Positions 1 through 12,158 of a DNA stretch of 64,000 bases are shown in pieces; position 1 is the stretch's first letter; each line of letters opens with the position of its first letter. A program made the position numbers and the translations under genes. The notes beneath the pieces are model-generated. The model saw only the letters and a list, made by a program, of their open reading frames with translations, did no database searches and was not told the origin of the DNA. Origin of the DNA: Epithemia pelagica (Eukaryota > Protista > Bacillariophyta); assembly GCA_946965045.2 (NCBI GenBank), contig OX337238.1, forward strand, positions 1,612,001 to 1,676,000, in the 5' to 3' direction.

Positions 1-2076
1 GAAATTATTCCCTATGGAGAGGAGGAAGAACCGGAAATTATTCCCTATGGAGAAGAACCGGAAATGATTCCCTACCAACACGAAACCGTCACACAACCAC
101 TTCTGCAAGACGAACCCGTACCACCCACCATGACCACAGCATCCTCCACAAGCGAGTCGTCCGAACCACAACAACTCCCGGCCGTGGACCCTTCCCTCGG
201 AGCACCCGTGGATCCAGCGAGTCTGGGTGTGGCTCCGGTTGCTGCTTCTGCTGCGGCGGTGCCCACTCCCAATGGTGCCACTGCTACTATGGGCGCTTCC
301 TCCACCGGGAATACCGCGTCTCCACCACCAGTGGGCGGTACCACCCCTGCAGCCCCACCAATGGAACCACAGAGCGGTGTCACCACCAACAGCATGATGG
401 TTCCACCCACCACCATGACGACGATTAGTACCACCACCAACTCGAATGCTCTTTTGGATGCGCCTCCTCCTCCCACGGGATCGGAACAAACCGTGCCGCT
501 TCCCTTGGTCCCTCATACTACCAGCAGCACCACAACGGCCATGAATACGATTCCTGGCGAACCTACCGGAGGAGTGACGACCGCCGCGACGAGTACGGCG
601 TCGCCAGGCCAATGGCAAGCTTCCTCCTCTTCCATGTCGTCGTCGTCGAATCCTCCTCTTTCTCCGGCCACGGGAGTCTCGAGTGTGTCACCACCACCAC
701 CACCTACCATGACAAGCGCAGCTGGAACCGCCGTTCCCGAATCCGTACCAGAAGTGACTGGAGCAGCTCCCACTCAAGAAGGACAAGTTCCCGAATCCGT
801 ACCAGGAGTATCTGGAGGAGCTCCCACTCAAGAAGGATACGTTCCCGAATCCGTACCAGGAGTATCTGGAGCAGCTCCCACTCAAGAAGGATACGTTCCC
901 GAATCCGTACCAGGAGTGACTGGAGCAGCTCCCACTCAAGAAGTAGAAGTTCCCGGCAAGAATCCTTCCATTCCGTCCGGTCCAGCCGTGAATGAAGCAG
1001 CCACGATCCTGCCTCCGATTCCGACTACTTCCACAACAACGACAACACCCATGACGGGCACGGCCGTGTCTCCCACCTCGACGAGCGTGTCCACGACCAA
1101 TCCGTATACTCAGCCGCAAGGAGCTGTTACGATCGAGCCGCAGCAGCAGCAGCAGCCGCAACCTCCATTCAACCAAGGACCAGAACCACCCGTCACGATT
1201 GAGCCGCAACAGCAATCGGAACCCTACCAACAAGAACAATCCTCCAATTCGGAACCTGCTTTGGGACAAGCACCGGAACCGGGCTTGACCATTCCTGCTA
1301 GTTCGACGGAAGTGAATCCATCGGCTCCGACATCCATGCAAACGTCGTCATATGAGTGGTCCCAACCACAAGCACCAAACAAAGCATCCGAGGCCACCAG
1401 ACCCGCCACCTTGGCCCATCCTCAAGGAGTATCGGAATCTCCAGAACCCGAAGAACCTGCCGTCGTGGAAACTCCCCATGAACCGGCCATTGTGGAAACT
1501 CCGCAAGAACCAGTCGTTGTGGAAACACAGCAAGAGCCTGTAGTGGCCCAAACCGAAGCAGCACCAGCCGACGAAATCCCCGACATGAATGATGATTTCC
1601 AAGTTGTGGATGGGGCCGGTCCTTCGACGACGAATCCGGCAGTTACCGAGGAAGAGATTGGCGATTTCAATGCCGATAATGTCCAAGACGAAGATACTCA
1701 ATGGGAAGAATGGAAAAAAGAAAATTCCAATACCTATCAAACTCCCACCTCGACCCTCTTTGACAAGAAAAATCAAGGTGGTACTTCTTCTTCGTCCAGT
1801 TCGAGTCCAAGCGCCGAGGAATCACAAGTCCCCACCGTATCATCCTCCTCCTCGTGGCAATCGGCCGATTGGGCCGGTCATCATACCGCATTGGCAATTG
1901 TCATGGTGACCATTTTGGGACTCATGGCACTCTTGGTCTGTCGTCGTCGTCAAGCACACTTGCAACAGAAGCAACGCAAGAGTCATTTGGATCAGTACCG
2001 CACTTCGGGTGGCAGCAGCAACAATAAGAATCGTGGCGACTATCAACCCGTCCATACCGCACGGCCCGTGTATTAA
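1..2076 (+). CDS. Ser/Thr/Pro/Glu-rich mucin-like single-pass membrane protein, 5'-truncated by the window edge
   Basis: Frame 1 is open from base 1 (EIIPYGEEEEPEIIPYGEEPEM...). Low-complexity S/T/P ectodomain, then a C-terminal hydrophobic helix HTALAIVMVTILGLMALLVC followed by an RRR stop-transfer and a short tail; TAA at 2074-2076. Confidence 0.8.
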   Translation, partial: EIIPYGEEEEPEIIPYGEEPEMIPYQHETVTQPLLQDEPVPPTMTTASSTSESSEPQQLPAVDPSLGAPVDPASLGVAPVAASAAAVPTPNGATATMGASSTGNTASPPPVGGTTPAAPPMEPQSGVTTNSMMVPPTTMTTISTTTNSNALLDAPPPPTGSEQTVPLPLVPHTTSSTTTAMNTIPGEPTGGVTTAATSTASPGQWQASSSSMSSSSNPPLSPATGVSSVSPPPPPTMTSAAGTAVPESVPEVTGAAPTQEGQVPESVPGVSGGAPTQEGYVPESVPGVSGAAPTQEGYVPESVPGVTGAAPTQEVEVPGKNPSIPSGPAVNEAATILPPIPTTSTTTTTPMTGTAVSPTSTSVSTTNPYTQPQGAVTIEPQQQQQPQPPFNQGPEPPVTIEPQQQSEPYQQEQSSNSEPALGQAPEPGLTIPASSTEVNPSAPTSMQTSSYEWSQPQAPNKASEATRPATLAHPQGVSESPEPEEPAVVETPHEPAIVETPQEPVVVETQQEPVVAQTEAAPADEIPDMNDDFQVVDGAGPSTTNPAVTEEEIGDFNADNVQDEDTQWEEWKKENSNTYQTPTSTLFDKKNQGGTSSSSSSSPSAEESQVPTVSSSSSWQSADWAGHHTALAIVMVTILGLMALLVCRRRQAHLQQKQRKSHLDQYRTSGGSSNNKNRGDYQPVHTARPVY
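733..945 (+). repeat. Coding tandem repeat, 54-bp unit x4 (VPESVPGVSGAAPTQEGY)
   Basis: Units start at 733, 787, 841 and 895 and are near-identical. Confidence 0.95.
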
Positions 2077-3276
2077 CCACACAAAACAACAACAACAAGG
2101 GTGTGAATGTGAGAGAGAGCGAGAGCGGGAAAACGAGACGAGAGATTCTCGTCGCTATCATCATCAACATCATCACTCTCTCCGTTACCAACACACCCCC
2201 CACACAAATAAAAAACGTTCCTTTTCCACAGAAACACGCATTCACCACAAAACACGCATACTCATATACCATTCTTTTGACACAGCATACACCAACCAAA
2301 AATACTCCCCGAAGCAATCCATGCGTGGATTTCGTTTCATGCCCACTGTGGGATCATATACTACAGTATAACGATTCTTAGAACAACAAAAAGTACTCTG
2401 TGACAGTCATGACACTGTCTTTTGATATTGTCCATAGAGATTCTTTCGAACGAGAAACGGAGATGATAGCACGAGGACAACCAGCTACACACTATTAGTA
2501 GAGAGTTTTTTTCTTTTGCTGGATCTTGTGGTTGGGTCGACCGCCCAGAACAGGAGAAGAGATCCTTGTTTCACCCTCTGTTTTGGGTACGACGAGGCAA
2601 AGTCGATTTTACTAGATAGAGCAAATTCGAATCGAAACGAATCCATCCGACACACACACACACATATATACATGGTTCTATTCGTTGGGGACCGTAGTAT
2701 CAACTTTTCCCCGCTTTTCATCATTACATTTCATTCTGCCTAGCTACTACATACTCAAAGAGAAGGGGACACGAGTGAAGGGAGATGGACGCCAGCGCTG
2801 TTGTCGGATATATCGTACAAAGTCACGTGTGTGCCCAAAACATGTTGTGTGTCGCCGACAAGTTCTACTCTGTTTGGTTAGGATCATGGTTTCCTACTCG
2901 TTTTATGGGTGTGGGGTCTACGACCTACAAGAGTATTACCCTCATGGGTCTCCGACTTGAATGAAACGCGTCATACTACGTTATAGTAACTCTTACAAAC
3001 GTGGGTGGATCACTACACTATTGGGAGAGTTCCGGTATCCTCCAACAACGACCAAGTCCTACGACCCCCGAAACCACCAACCAACCATGGGGCAGAGGAG
3101 TTGAACCGGCAGGTTCCAGTCACGTGGGTCCATCTCCCTCCATTGTGTCGACGACGACCAGAAGAAGAACCACCACTGCGCGTCATTCTTTTCCTACCAC
3201 TGCACACACACTCCTATCCTCTTTGTGGCTCAAGCATGAGCCTGCTTCCATACTAGGTAGTTCCTCCAGTTCCAGA

Positions 3277-4374
3277 TCAACAAGTCGTTGTTGGTGTGGT
3301 GGGTGTGGTTGGCTTCGACTCGCCCTTATGGTTGGGATACAAGGTTTGTTTTTCAAAGCGAAAGACGGTCAATCCCGAATACCGAATCCACAAGGGTGCC
3401 TTGGTCGGTCGATAGGAGTCCACAATCGTGTATCCACACTTGTGATACAAGAAACTGGCCGCACGTTGAATGGTACTGCAGGTCAAATAAATACTTGTTC
3501 CCTGTCGTTGCAAGGATTTGGTCTGTTGCTGTTGTTCGTGTTGTTGATTCAACAAGCTTTCTTCCAAGACTCTCATCAAGTGGCGTGCCAAGGATCTTCG
3601 TCGATGGTCGGGATGGACGGCCATGCGACGCAATTCAAAGATACCCAGGTACGGCTTGGTTTTGTCGTCGTCGTCCTTGTGCTGTTCATTGGTACGATCA
3701 TGACCACCCACACAGCCAATCAATGCTCCACTGGCCTTGTCAATGGCGACAATGAAATTGCCATAATTGCCGTGATCCACCACCACCTTGTTGGTGTCGT
3801 CGTCGTCCTGGCCGTTGACGGAGGAGTCGTGGGTGGCGGCGGGTGGGTGTCCCAAATAAACGGTTCCAATTTGCCACATGTCGTCGCTCAAATTCCGATG
3901 CATAAACTTGTCCACGGCTTGGACCGTGGAGCGATGGAGGGACCAATAGGACAAGAGCAAGGTGGCCATGGAGGCAGACCAGGTCCACCAATTGGCATGT
4001 GTCGTCAAGGAGGTGAGGACACCCGAGAGGGGCGAATCGTCGTTTCCTCCGTTGGAACGAGGCGTGCCGTTTCTTTGTGCCGTGATGAGTGGTACCAGTC
4101 GTTGACAGGCCAGTCGAACCGTCGAGTGGACGACCGCCACGGCCAAGGCGGTGCCTCCCAAAAACATGGGCGACATGCCAAATTGCCACAAGGCTTGAGG
4201 GAACATGGACGTGCGATTGGCCACACAAAACAAGTCTTGTACCGCCCGTGTATCGTCGGGTTCAAACCGTCGAATCAACAGTGCATCATCTTGCCAATAG
4301 ACAATGCGATTCTTGTCGTCGCCAAGCAATGATGTGGTGGTGGTGGAGTCGGCACTGGAAGAAATGGACGACAT
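3277..4374 (-). CDS. GNAT N-acetyltransferase, NAT8/Camello-like, with N-terminal hydrophobic segments
   Basis: GNAT motif A (FELRRMAVHPDHRRRSLARHLM) and motif B (LTCSTIQRAASFLYHKCGY); two hydrophobic stretches upstream. ATG of MSSISSS at 4374 taken as the start. Confidence 0.85.
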   Translation of the reverse strand: MSSISSSADSTTTTSLLGDDKNRIVYWQDDALLIRRFEPDDTRAVQDLFCVANRTSMFPQALWQFGMSPMFLGGTALAVAVVHSTVRLACQRLVPLITAQRNGTPRSNGGNDDSPLSGVLTSLTTHANWWTWSASMATLLLSYWSLHRSTVQAVDKFMHRNLSDDMWQIGTVYLGHPPAATHDSSVNGQDDDDTNKVVVDHGNYGNFIVAIDKASGALIGCVGGHDRTNEQHKDDDDKTKPYLGIFELRRMAVHPDHRRRSLARHLMRVLEESLLNQQHEQQQQTKSLQRQGTSIYLTCSTIQRAASFLYHKCGYTIVDSYRPTKAPLWIRYSGLTVFRFEKQTLYPNHKGESKPTTPTTPTTTC

Positions 4375-6283
4375 GATGCGAATGGTGATGGAGGAGACTT
4401 GTGGTGGTGGTTGGTTAGGCAATTTCGGCACTGGATGCCTCTGTTGCTGATTCGTCTGACAATCAATGGTTGGTTCCCACTGGTACGTTTGTTGGTGTGG
4501 TTTGTCTACTAGAGTCTGTATGTTGGTATACGTTTGGTCTGTGGGTGGTACCTCAAAATGGCAACAAGTCTCTCGGTCAAATCGCAATCACTGGAACCTC
4601 CAGAAGCAAAACAAGAGATGAACGTGCCTTGATTTTCCCGGTGACGTAACCAGAGTGTTATGGTGAGGATTCGGACGATGTATAGTAGCCACCAAACTGA
4701 TGTAAATCTGTTATAGAGAGAAACACGAAACACATAGCCACAAATTCGTCTCGTCGCGTTGGACGACAAGAGATTCTAGATTATGGGTGATGGATGACAA
4801 CATCAATCACCACATCGCCGTGATCCTGTATGAAGTATGAAGCTTATGTGGCCAACCGGCTTCCTGAGCGGTATCCACTCCACTACGAGTGTGTGTAATA
4901 AGAGCGTCGACAACATGGAGAACTTTTTCCGTTGTTGTCTCTGTTTGTATCAAGTCATTCGTCTCGTTCTTCTATGATCTATGACGTACGATCAGGGCTC
5001 TATTGGAATGAGTTTGGTATACGAGCACGAGTACAAAATACGAGTACCAGAACGAAAATGAAGCTGTAAGCTGTAAAATGTATGACATGGCCCATAAAGT
5101 TCCGGTAGTTTCAAGCGGTCATTGTTCAGGCCCAACAAGAAACGTTCTGGCCCCACATGGAATCGCGATCGAAACGCGTCCAATTTCCATCTGTGAGGGT
5201 TGGACGAAGAAGGACGACGACAACATCGACAACAACAAGAATGCCCTACTAGATAGCTAGCGAGAGGGAACGAAGAAGGCAATGGAAGAACAATGGAACT
5301 ACACTGCGCGGTGTTATCCAAAGGGCTGGAATCGTCTCTCGATGGGTCTCCTCGGACGTTGGATGCTCTCTACTAGAGAGACGCCTAAAGTGAAAGAAGA
5401 CGAGATTGCCAATTTACGAGTATCCACAGCGTCGCATCCATAACGTGGAAAGGCTGGCTTTCCTTTCGAAACTATCATGTTGTTAGGAGTTGTAGGATAT
5501 TCCATTTCCATCCGTCGATAATATCGCTCTCGGAGTCTCTAGAGTGGCGGAGCTCTACTAGCTAGTAGGGGGGAGGCGTAGGACCTACGCTACTAGCTAC
5601 TAGGAGTACTCTACAATTACTCCTACGTAACTAGAGGGCTAGCTACTTGAGCTAGCGTTGTCAGTTTGTGAACACGTGGAGGAATCGCCTGTGAGCACGT
5701 GGAGGAATCGGAGAGACGAGATTGCATCTGTATTCGTATTGGGCCTTTTTGCCCACTACAGCCCATACAGTCCCCCAAGCAGTCGGCGGGACCATGTTTG
5801 GTCCCGTCGTCGACGTGTTACTGCTCGGAGTGTAGGGTAGTCTTTATTATTTTACTCCTTGTATAGCTCGAAAAGTAGGTTGATCGCTTTTGGGACGTGG
5901 TTGACTGGGAGTCTTTTGGTCACTGTTTGACCTTGTGTCTCCCATTCTTCCTCCACCCCAAACAAACCACACCAGAAAAGACGACAACGCTCTTTCCAAA
6001 GTTACAACAACATCCTACAAAACCCTTTTGGTGTCGTGCCCTTTTATCAAGAGGTTCTCTCTCTCTTTCTCCGTGTTGGCTTGGTTACGTTCCAACTTGT
6101 TTGTTTGTTTGGAGGAGGAGCGGATGAATTGCAGCTGCTGCTCCTGACTAACTCGGCGGAGAAAGCAACAATCACAACAAGAGCGAACGGCTCTGTTTGC
6201 CAGAAACTAACCTGAATTGACGGTGCGCCCTCGATACAACGGAGAGTCTCTTGCCGGTGAAGAAGAGAAGAGAACCATCAATC

Positions 6284-9034
6284 ATGGACTCAAACAACGA
6301 ACCCGCCTCGCCTCGCATTATGGATGTGGCCTTGGAATTTGTGGGACCCACTTCATCGTCGTCCTCCTCCTCCTCTGCCATGCCAAGCATTAAAAAATTG
6401 GCCAAATCGGCCACACTGGTACGATTTATTGTTCAACAATTGTCCAGTGTCGTGATTACCGGTGAAGTGGCCAATCATGTCATTGTCCAATTGTGGGATG
6501 AATTGGAACGATTGCCCGTTCCGGGTCGTTTGGCCAAGATTCATGTCGCTCATGTGCAATTTACCGAAGCGGGTGCCACGGCCTGGCACGCCTTTTTGGC
6601 CAGTCATGCCACCAGTATTCGACATGTCGTACTCAATCAATTGTTACCACCGCCTCAAACCACCACCAGTTCATCGTCCTCGCCCAACTCGAAGCATTCC
6701 AAAAAGTCGTCGTCGTCGTCCAAAAAATCCAGTAAAAGCAAAAAGAAAAAATTGTCCAAATCATCATCCTCGGCGCAACCACAATCATCCGAGGACACGG
6801 AAACGAATGACAATGGTCCGCAAGAGGATGGTGGATCCCCGCAACAAGAGGAAGAGGAAGACAACGAAGAAGAAGAAGACAATCAAAAGGATGAAGATGA
6901 TAATGACGACAGTGTGACAAAGAAAAAGGCCAGTCCACAACAACAACAAGACAATGATGATGATGACAACGACTCGGAAGAGGACCATGTCCGACGATGG
7001 GCCCACATCTTGACCGCCTTTGAACAATCGCCCTTGACTGTCTTGGACATGTCACGCAATACCTTGCATGGTGCCACTTTGTGGAATGTATGGAAACAAC
7101 GACAAGACTTTCAACAACGACTACAACAATCCTCGGATACTACATCATCCATATCGTCTTCCAATACTAGGACTCAATTGCGCCAATTGATTTTGGATTC
7201 GGTCGATTTAAATGCCGATTCCTGGAAGGCCTTGTCCACCACCTTTGTCTGGTCTGGATTGGAAGATTTGCATATCGTCTTGGATGAACCCATTCCTTCC
7301 GAAGAAGCCGCCTTGGAAGCTGCCCAACAAATTGTTCGACAAGCCACCAAATTGTCTAGTTTGCGATGGATTCAAAAACAGGGATCCGACCAACCCTTGC
7401 CCTGGACTGGATTGCGAGACATGGCTGTGGCACGAGCTGCGGCTGCGGCGGCACAACCATCGACGACGGCGACAACAACAGCTGCACCACAATCGCCTCA
7501 TTCCACGTCCAACAACAACAACAACAACAACAATGGATCATCTGCTGCAGGAGGGGATCCTTCGTCGCACAGTAATAAATCATCGTCTTCTTCGTCGCTC
7601 CCTCAATTAAAACATTTGGTTTTGGAAGGTCCTGGGACGCCCGACTTTTGTACGGCTCGTGATTTGCAAGAATTGACGGCCACACTCAAGGAATTGCCGC
7701 GTCTCAAAACGTTGAAATTGCGACATTTGGGTTTGACGGACGTGACAAGTATTTGTTCGGCTCTGCGGGCCAGTCGTCCACCCCTCGAAGTCTTGGATTT
7801 GTCCTACAATGAGTTGTCTTCGACCGGATGTCGTCGATTGGTTGATTTGAAACGCGTCTCTCGCATTTCGCAATCCTTGGCCTTGTTGGTTGTCAATGAC
7901 AATCGAGTGGAAACTGCCGCGGCACGAGAATTGTGGGAAACCTTTGGAACAACCATTACCTTGGACAATAACCCGGGTATTGATTGCGGACAAATCATTG
8001 CCGATCTCATGTCCAATCAAGCTCAATTGGAGCGAGAACGCGAAGAACTACGAGCCCAATTCATGGAACGCAACAGCAACAACAACACGAACAACAATAC
8101 GACTACTGCAAATACTAGCAATAATACTACGGCGGCCGCCGTGTCGGCAGCAGCCGAATTGGCGGAATCGATGAGAAAAGAAAACCGTCGTTTGCGGGAA
8201 GAACGCGATTTGTTGGCCAAGGCCTTTTCCATCATGGGTATTAGTCAACAAGTTGACGAACACAAACGATTGCTCGATCGGGTTCAGCGGCTCGAAGATG
8301 TCATGGTGTTGGGGGCATCCTCCTCGAAACGAAGCATGGGAAGTGGAGGCAGTGGGCATAGCAGTGCGGGAGGAAGTCATCATGGCGGATCCAATTCCAA
8401 CGTCGGTAGTTTGGATGCTCTCCTGTCGGGTGGCGGTAAGACTTCCTCGCGACGACGCATTCATGTCAATGAATTGCCCTTGGATCGTTTAACAGCGGCT
8501 GCAGCCGCAGCGGCTGCTGCAGCTGGACGAATTCCTTCGGCTCGATCTGTGGGATCCCTCAATCGATCGCATTCAGGACGGTCTACCGCCAGTCGAGGCT
8601 TTGCAGATTTGGACGAAGCCTCTCGAGCCGTCACGGCCGATTCTTCGTCCTCACCGCATCATTCTCAACATCATCATCCCCACCACCACCATCCTCACTC
8701 ATCGTCCTCTCATTCTCGAAAACAACAACAAACATCGTCTTCCTCGTCCGTCCGAGGAAGATCGTCCTATCATGCTCGAGGAACACCGACCAGTCCAGGA
8801 GCACGCAGTGTGGCTTCAACGGGTGGCAGCAGTTCTCTTCAGCATGCCATGATGGATTCTACCATTGTCGCCACAGCCGAACGATCCGATGCAGCGCCAC
8901 AACAACAACGACGATCGTCCAATTTGCGACATTCGAGCTATACCACGCCATCCTCCTCCTCTTCGGTAGGTGGTGGTGGTGGTGGGAGTCGACGCGCCAG
9001 TACGCGACACTTGTCATCCCTCGATATGGAATAA
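6284..9034 (+). CDS. RNI-like leucine-rich repeat protein with coiled coil and low-complexity Ser/His/Asn tracts
   Basis: LRR units LTVLDMSRNTL, LKTLKLRHLGL, LEVLDLSYNEL and LALLVVNDNRV; coiled coil around ELAESMRKENRRLREERDLL; first ATG at 6284. Confidence 0.85.
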   Translation: MDSNNEPASPRIMDVALEFVGPTSSSSSSSSAMPSIKKLAKSATLVRFIVQQLSSVVITGEVANHVIVQLWDELERLPVPGRLAKIHVAHVQFTEAGATAWHAFLASHATSIRHVVLNQLLPPPQTTTSSSSSPNSKHSKKSSSSSKKSSKSKKKKLSKSSSSAQPQSSEDTETNDNGPQEDGGSPQQEEEEDNEEEEDNQKDEDDNDDSVTKKKASPQQQQDNDDDDNDSEEDHVRRWAHILTAFEQSPLTVLDMSRNTLHGATLWNVWKQRQDFQQRLQQSSDTTSSISSSNTRTQLRQLILDSVDLNADSWKALSTTFVWSGLEDLHIVLDEPIPSEEAALEAAQQIVRQATKLSSLRWIQKQGSDQPLPWTGLRDMAVARAAAAAAQPSTTATTTAAPQSPHSTSNNNNNNNNGSSAAGGDPSSHSNKSSSSSSLPQLKHLVLEGPGTPDFCTARDLQELTATLKELPRLKTLKLRHLGLTDVTSICSALRASRPPLEVLDLSYNELSSTGCRRLVDLKRVSRISQSLALLVVNDNRVETAAARELWETFGTTITLDNNPGIDCGQIIADLMSNQAQLEREREELRAQFMERNSNNNTNNNTTTANTSNNTTAAAVSAAAELAESMRKENRRLREERDLLAKAFSIMGISQQVDEHKRLLDRVQRLEDVMVLGASSSKRSMGSGGSGHSSAGGSHHGGSNSNVGSLDALLSGGGKTSSRRRIHVNELPLDRLTAAAAAAAAAAGRIPSARSVGSLNRSHSGRSTASRGFADLDEASRAVTADSSSSPHHSQHHHPHHHHPHSSSSHSRKQQQTSSSSSVRGRSSYHARGTPTSPGARSVASTGGSSSLQHAMMDSTIVATAERSDAAPQQQRRSSNLRHSSYTTPSSSSSVGGGGGGSRRASTRHLSSLDME

Positions 9035-9656
9035 TCCCAGAGTGAGTACATGTGGAAGAACCGAAACCCACACACGGGAACATTCCTAATACTACCAGAA
9101 ATAGACACATTACTACCAGGAATAGACACATCCTCACATGCAACGACACAATCGAATACTCGTTTCTGACAGTGTTGTTGCTGTTGAATGCCAATCATTG
9201 CACTTGTAACTTGTAACCTCTTTCTATTAGCCTTCATGGAAGAAGATTCAATGATTTACTGGAGACTGGAGTCTGTCTATATCCCGTGGCCACCACAAAG
9301 AATAAAGCTACCTTACGTAATTTGGGTCCCGCACGCGCACGTGCTGAAAATAACGGTGCCAAACGGTCAATGCGCCGGGTGAACGAACACTCGCAGACGA
9401 CCGACGGCACATGTTTTAGCGAGGGAATGAGTCTTCCCCACAGTTCATATGAACGATAAACGCATCGCACGCAGAGAAAGAAAAAGAGGAGCAACAAGGT
9501 GATGGGTATTGTGTGTATGTAATAAGAAAGATCACAAAAAGGAGTAGCCACAAGAAAGCAACCAACCACCCAACCAAGGGAACCCAGGGAAGGAGTGTGC
9601 TATCTCGTTGCTGACGCTTGCAGTACAAGTCGTCGTCATTCCGTAGTACACGTACC

Positions 9657-11068
9657 ATGGTGGAATCATCATCACCACCATCGTCACCAGGGAAACTAGT
9701 ACCATCATCGCCCCGATCGGCACAAGCATCCAGGCGCCGGAAGCATTATGCCTTATTGGGCGCGGTGTTGATCTTTTCCTACAGGCACTTATCCTAGTAT
9801 TTGAAACATGAAATGCCACGACAATTGACGAATGATGTTTGGACGGCCATGTATCACCATTACTCCTTCCTTGCCGATGCCAGTAACAGTCTAAAGAGAA
9901 AGTCGGAGAACACCGACAATCAGAACCCCCGCTTCTCCACCAACTTTACCTTTCCGACCGTCGAAGAACGAGTCCGCTACTATATCGGTGACTGGTACGA
10001 ACGTACCTTGGATCCTGCCAAATACCGCATTCCCTGCGAGACTTTGTACTCGGTCGATCGTCTCATCTCGGATCATGATGTCCTTTGGACGATTGGAAGA
10101 TTACGGTCAGAAATTAAAATGAATCGAAATTGGTTGGCACATGTCTATCTCAATGATACCTACAAGACGATTTATCCACCACATTATCCACAATACAATC
10201 AAGCAACGAAACCCCTCAATCATGATGCCGTCATGATCCATATTGGCGATAGTCATTCCACCAATCCTCGACTGCCCGTCGTGGCCAAAACACGATTTTC
10301 CAAGTACATTCGAAATCATCATCGAACCCTCAACCCAAATCTCGCCTATACTCCCATTATATGGCCGCTAGAAGAAGAACGGCATTATGCTCCCGTCGAT
10401 GAATATTCACAACTCCTCAATCAAAGTCGAGTACCGGAATGGAAAGCCAAACAGGCAACATTGGTTTGGAGAGGAGCCGTCAACGGAGTCAAGGAAAACA
10501 AACGAATTGCATTGGGGTTGGAACATGGACCGAGATAGAAGCTGTTCGCGTCAATTACTACAAGAATGTTTCCAATGTGGACGTCGCCTTTAATGGAATG
10601 GCGCTCATGCCCTACAAATTAACTCCTTTGAGGAGTCATGTCCGACCACCGAAAACAATGTTGGAACAATTGAAATACAAGTATATATTGAATATTGAAG
10701 GGAATGACGTTGCGACAGGATTGAAATGGCAGTTGGTATCGAATAGTGTGGTCTTTATGGCGACACCGACGACTGTATCGTATGCCATGGAAGATACGTT
10801 GATACCCTTTGTGCACTACGTTCCAGTTCGGAATGATTATTCGAACTTGGAAGAAATGGTCGAGTGGGCGAGAAAGAATGATGCCCAATGTCAATGGATT
10901 GCCGAACAGTCCAACTTGTATATGGAAAAACTATGGATGAGTGAACAGGCCCGAAAGGACGATGTTCTCATCAAGAATGCCTTGTGGGACAATTATCGTC
11001 GTCAGTTTGGAGTCGCCAGTAAACATTGCGTCAAGGAGAGGGCCGGGCCTCGTCCAGAAGAGACTTAA
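9657..11068 (+). pseudogene. Glycosyltransferase family 90 (CAP10/POGLUT-like) with an in-frame stop and a 1-nt frameshift
   Basis: ATG at 9657 gives a type II anchor (RRRKHYALLGAVLIFSY). In-frame TAG at 9795-9797. Frameshift near 10533 (HGPR|IEAVRVNYY restored by one extra A). GT90 motifs LVWRGAVNG, KYKYILNIEGNDVATGLKWQL and LIPFVHYVPV. Confidence 0.8.
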
Positions 11069-11243
11069 GTACCACAAGTCTGAGCGAATGAGACGTGCGA
11101 TTGAGACGTGTTGTCTGTTGTCGCCTCGATTGAGACGTGTGATTGAGACGTGTTGTCTTTTGTCGCCTCAAAAACGCAAGATTTCGCGCAGTTCCGACAA
11201 CACACTACACACTCAACATCATCTCATTGAACATCCAATCACA

Positions 11244-11970
11244 ATGGCGTCGGAAATTCCTGCTAGCAAAGAGTCGCCATCTCGCTTCGACGAGTCCCCC
11301 GTGGTTTCTCTTATCTACACAGAATCAATCCCGCGGGCGTCCTACGAGCAATGGTTGGTGGAGAAAACCAAACGTTTGTCCCCCATCAAACCAGCTGGGT
11401 CTTCCAGCTTGGCGGATATGGATTCTCCAACGAGGAAACGACATGACATCGGGTATATCTGCGAAAATCTGGAATCGTGGGTCTCACAGCTGAATCAACC
11501 GACTGAATCCGGTAGCGGTGGAGGCACCGTCCTTCCTTCCGTGGCTCAAGTTCGAGCTGTTTTGGGTGGTGGCGACACGGGCGCTCAGATGTCCGAACGT
11601 GCGTCCTCCGAGATAACAAGAATGTTCTTTGGAAAAACGTTGTGATCCATTTGCCCAACGATGGATCGAACAAAGCCTTCTCCCAGTTGTTGCCACGAAT
11701 CGCCGTAATGAGCGCCGCATGAATACTTGCAGCGAAGGTTGGGCGTATCTCGACAAACAGATTTGGCCCAAGCTAGCTCCCTTTGAGGATTTTGCTCGCA
11801 ACTGGTTTGGCTATGATCCTTCCAAAAAGCTCCAACGTCAAATAATGTACAATGACACCTCGAACCGCCTGGATATATCCCTTCGTTGCCCTGAACTTCA
11901 TGTTGGGATCGACTTCGTTTTTGAACCAGGTTATCCCGTTCCAGATGTACCAGAAGACTTTTGGTTTTGA
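11244..11970 (+). pseudogene. Hypothetical ~240-aa protein split by a frameshift in an A5 run (pseudogene or assembly error)
   Basis: ORF MASEIPASKES...MFFGK joins KRCDPFAQRW...EDFWF if one A is removed from ggAAAAAcg near 11630-11634. Confidence 0.55.
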
Positions 11971-12158
11971 GCGGATAATTGATGATGCTTGAATGAATGC
12001 GTAATGGTGAAAAAATAGAACATAGATGATTGATAGAAAACGCATTCTCCTACTTATTTTCAATCACTGGATTTATTTTTCGCAGGTACACCATTTCCAT
12101 TACATTCTACCGTTTTCGCCATCGCCGAACGATCCTTTGCAGGGACACCCGCTATATT

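Noticed and set aside
3001-4332. 443-aa plus-strand ORF
   Set aside because: Antisense shadow of the GNAT gene, with no recognisable motifs. The same applies to the many overlapping ORFs opposite the low-complexity genes (e.g. 688-1341, 40034-40543).
10500-10560. Intron as the explanation for the GT90 frame change
   Set aside because: The protein reads continuously (HGPR-IEAVRV) with one base restored, leaving no room for a GT-AG intron.
11090-11170. ~42-bp tandem duplication (also 21-bp at 9090-9131, 15-bp x3 near 20981-21025, 39-bp coding duplication near 56935-57010)
   Set aside because: Real but ordinary slippage-type duplications with no further structure.
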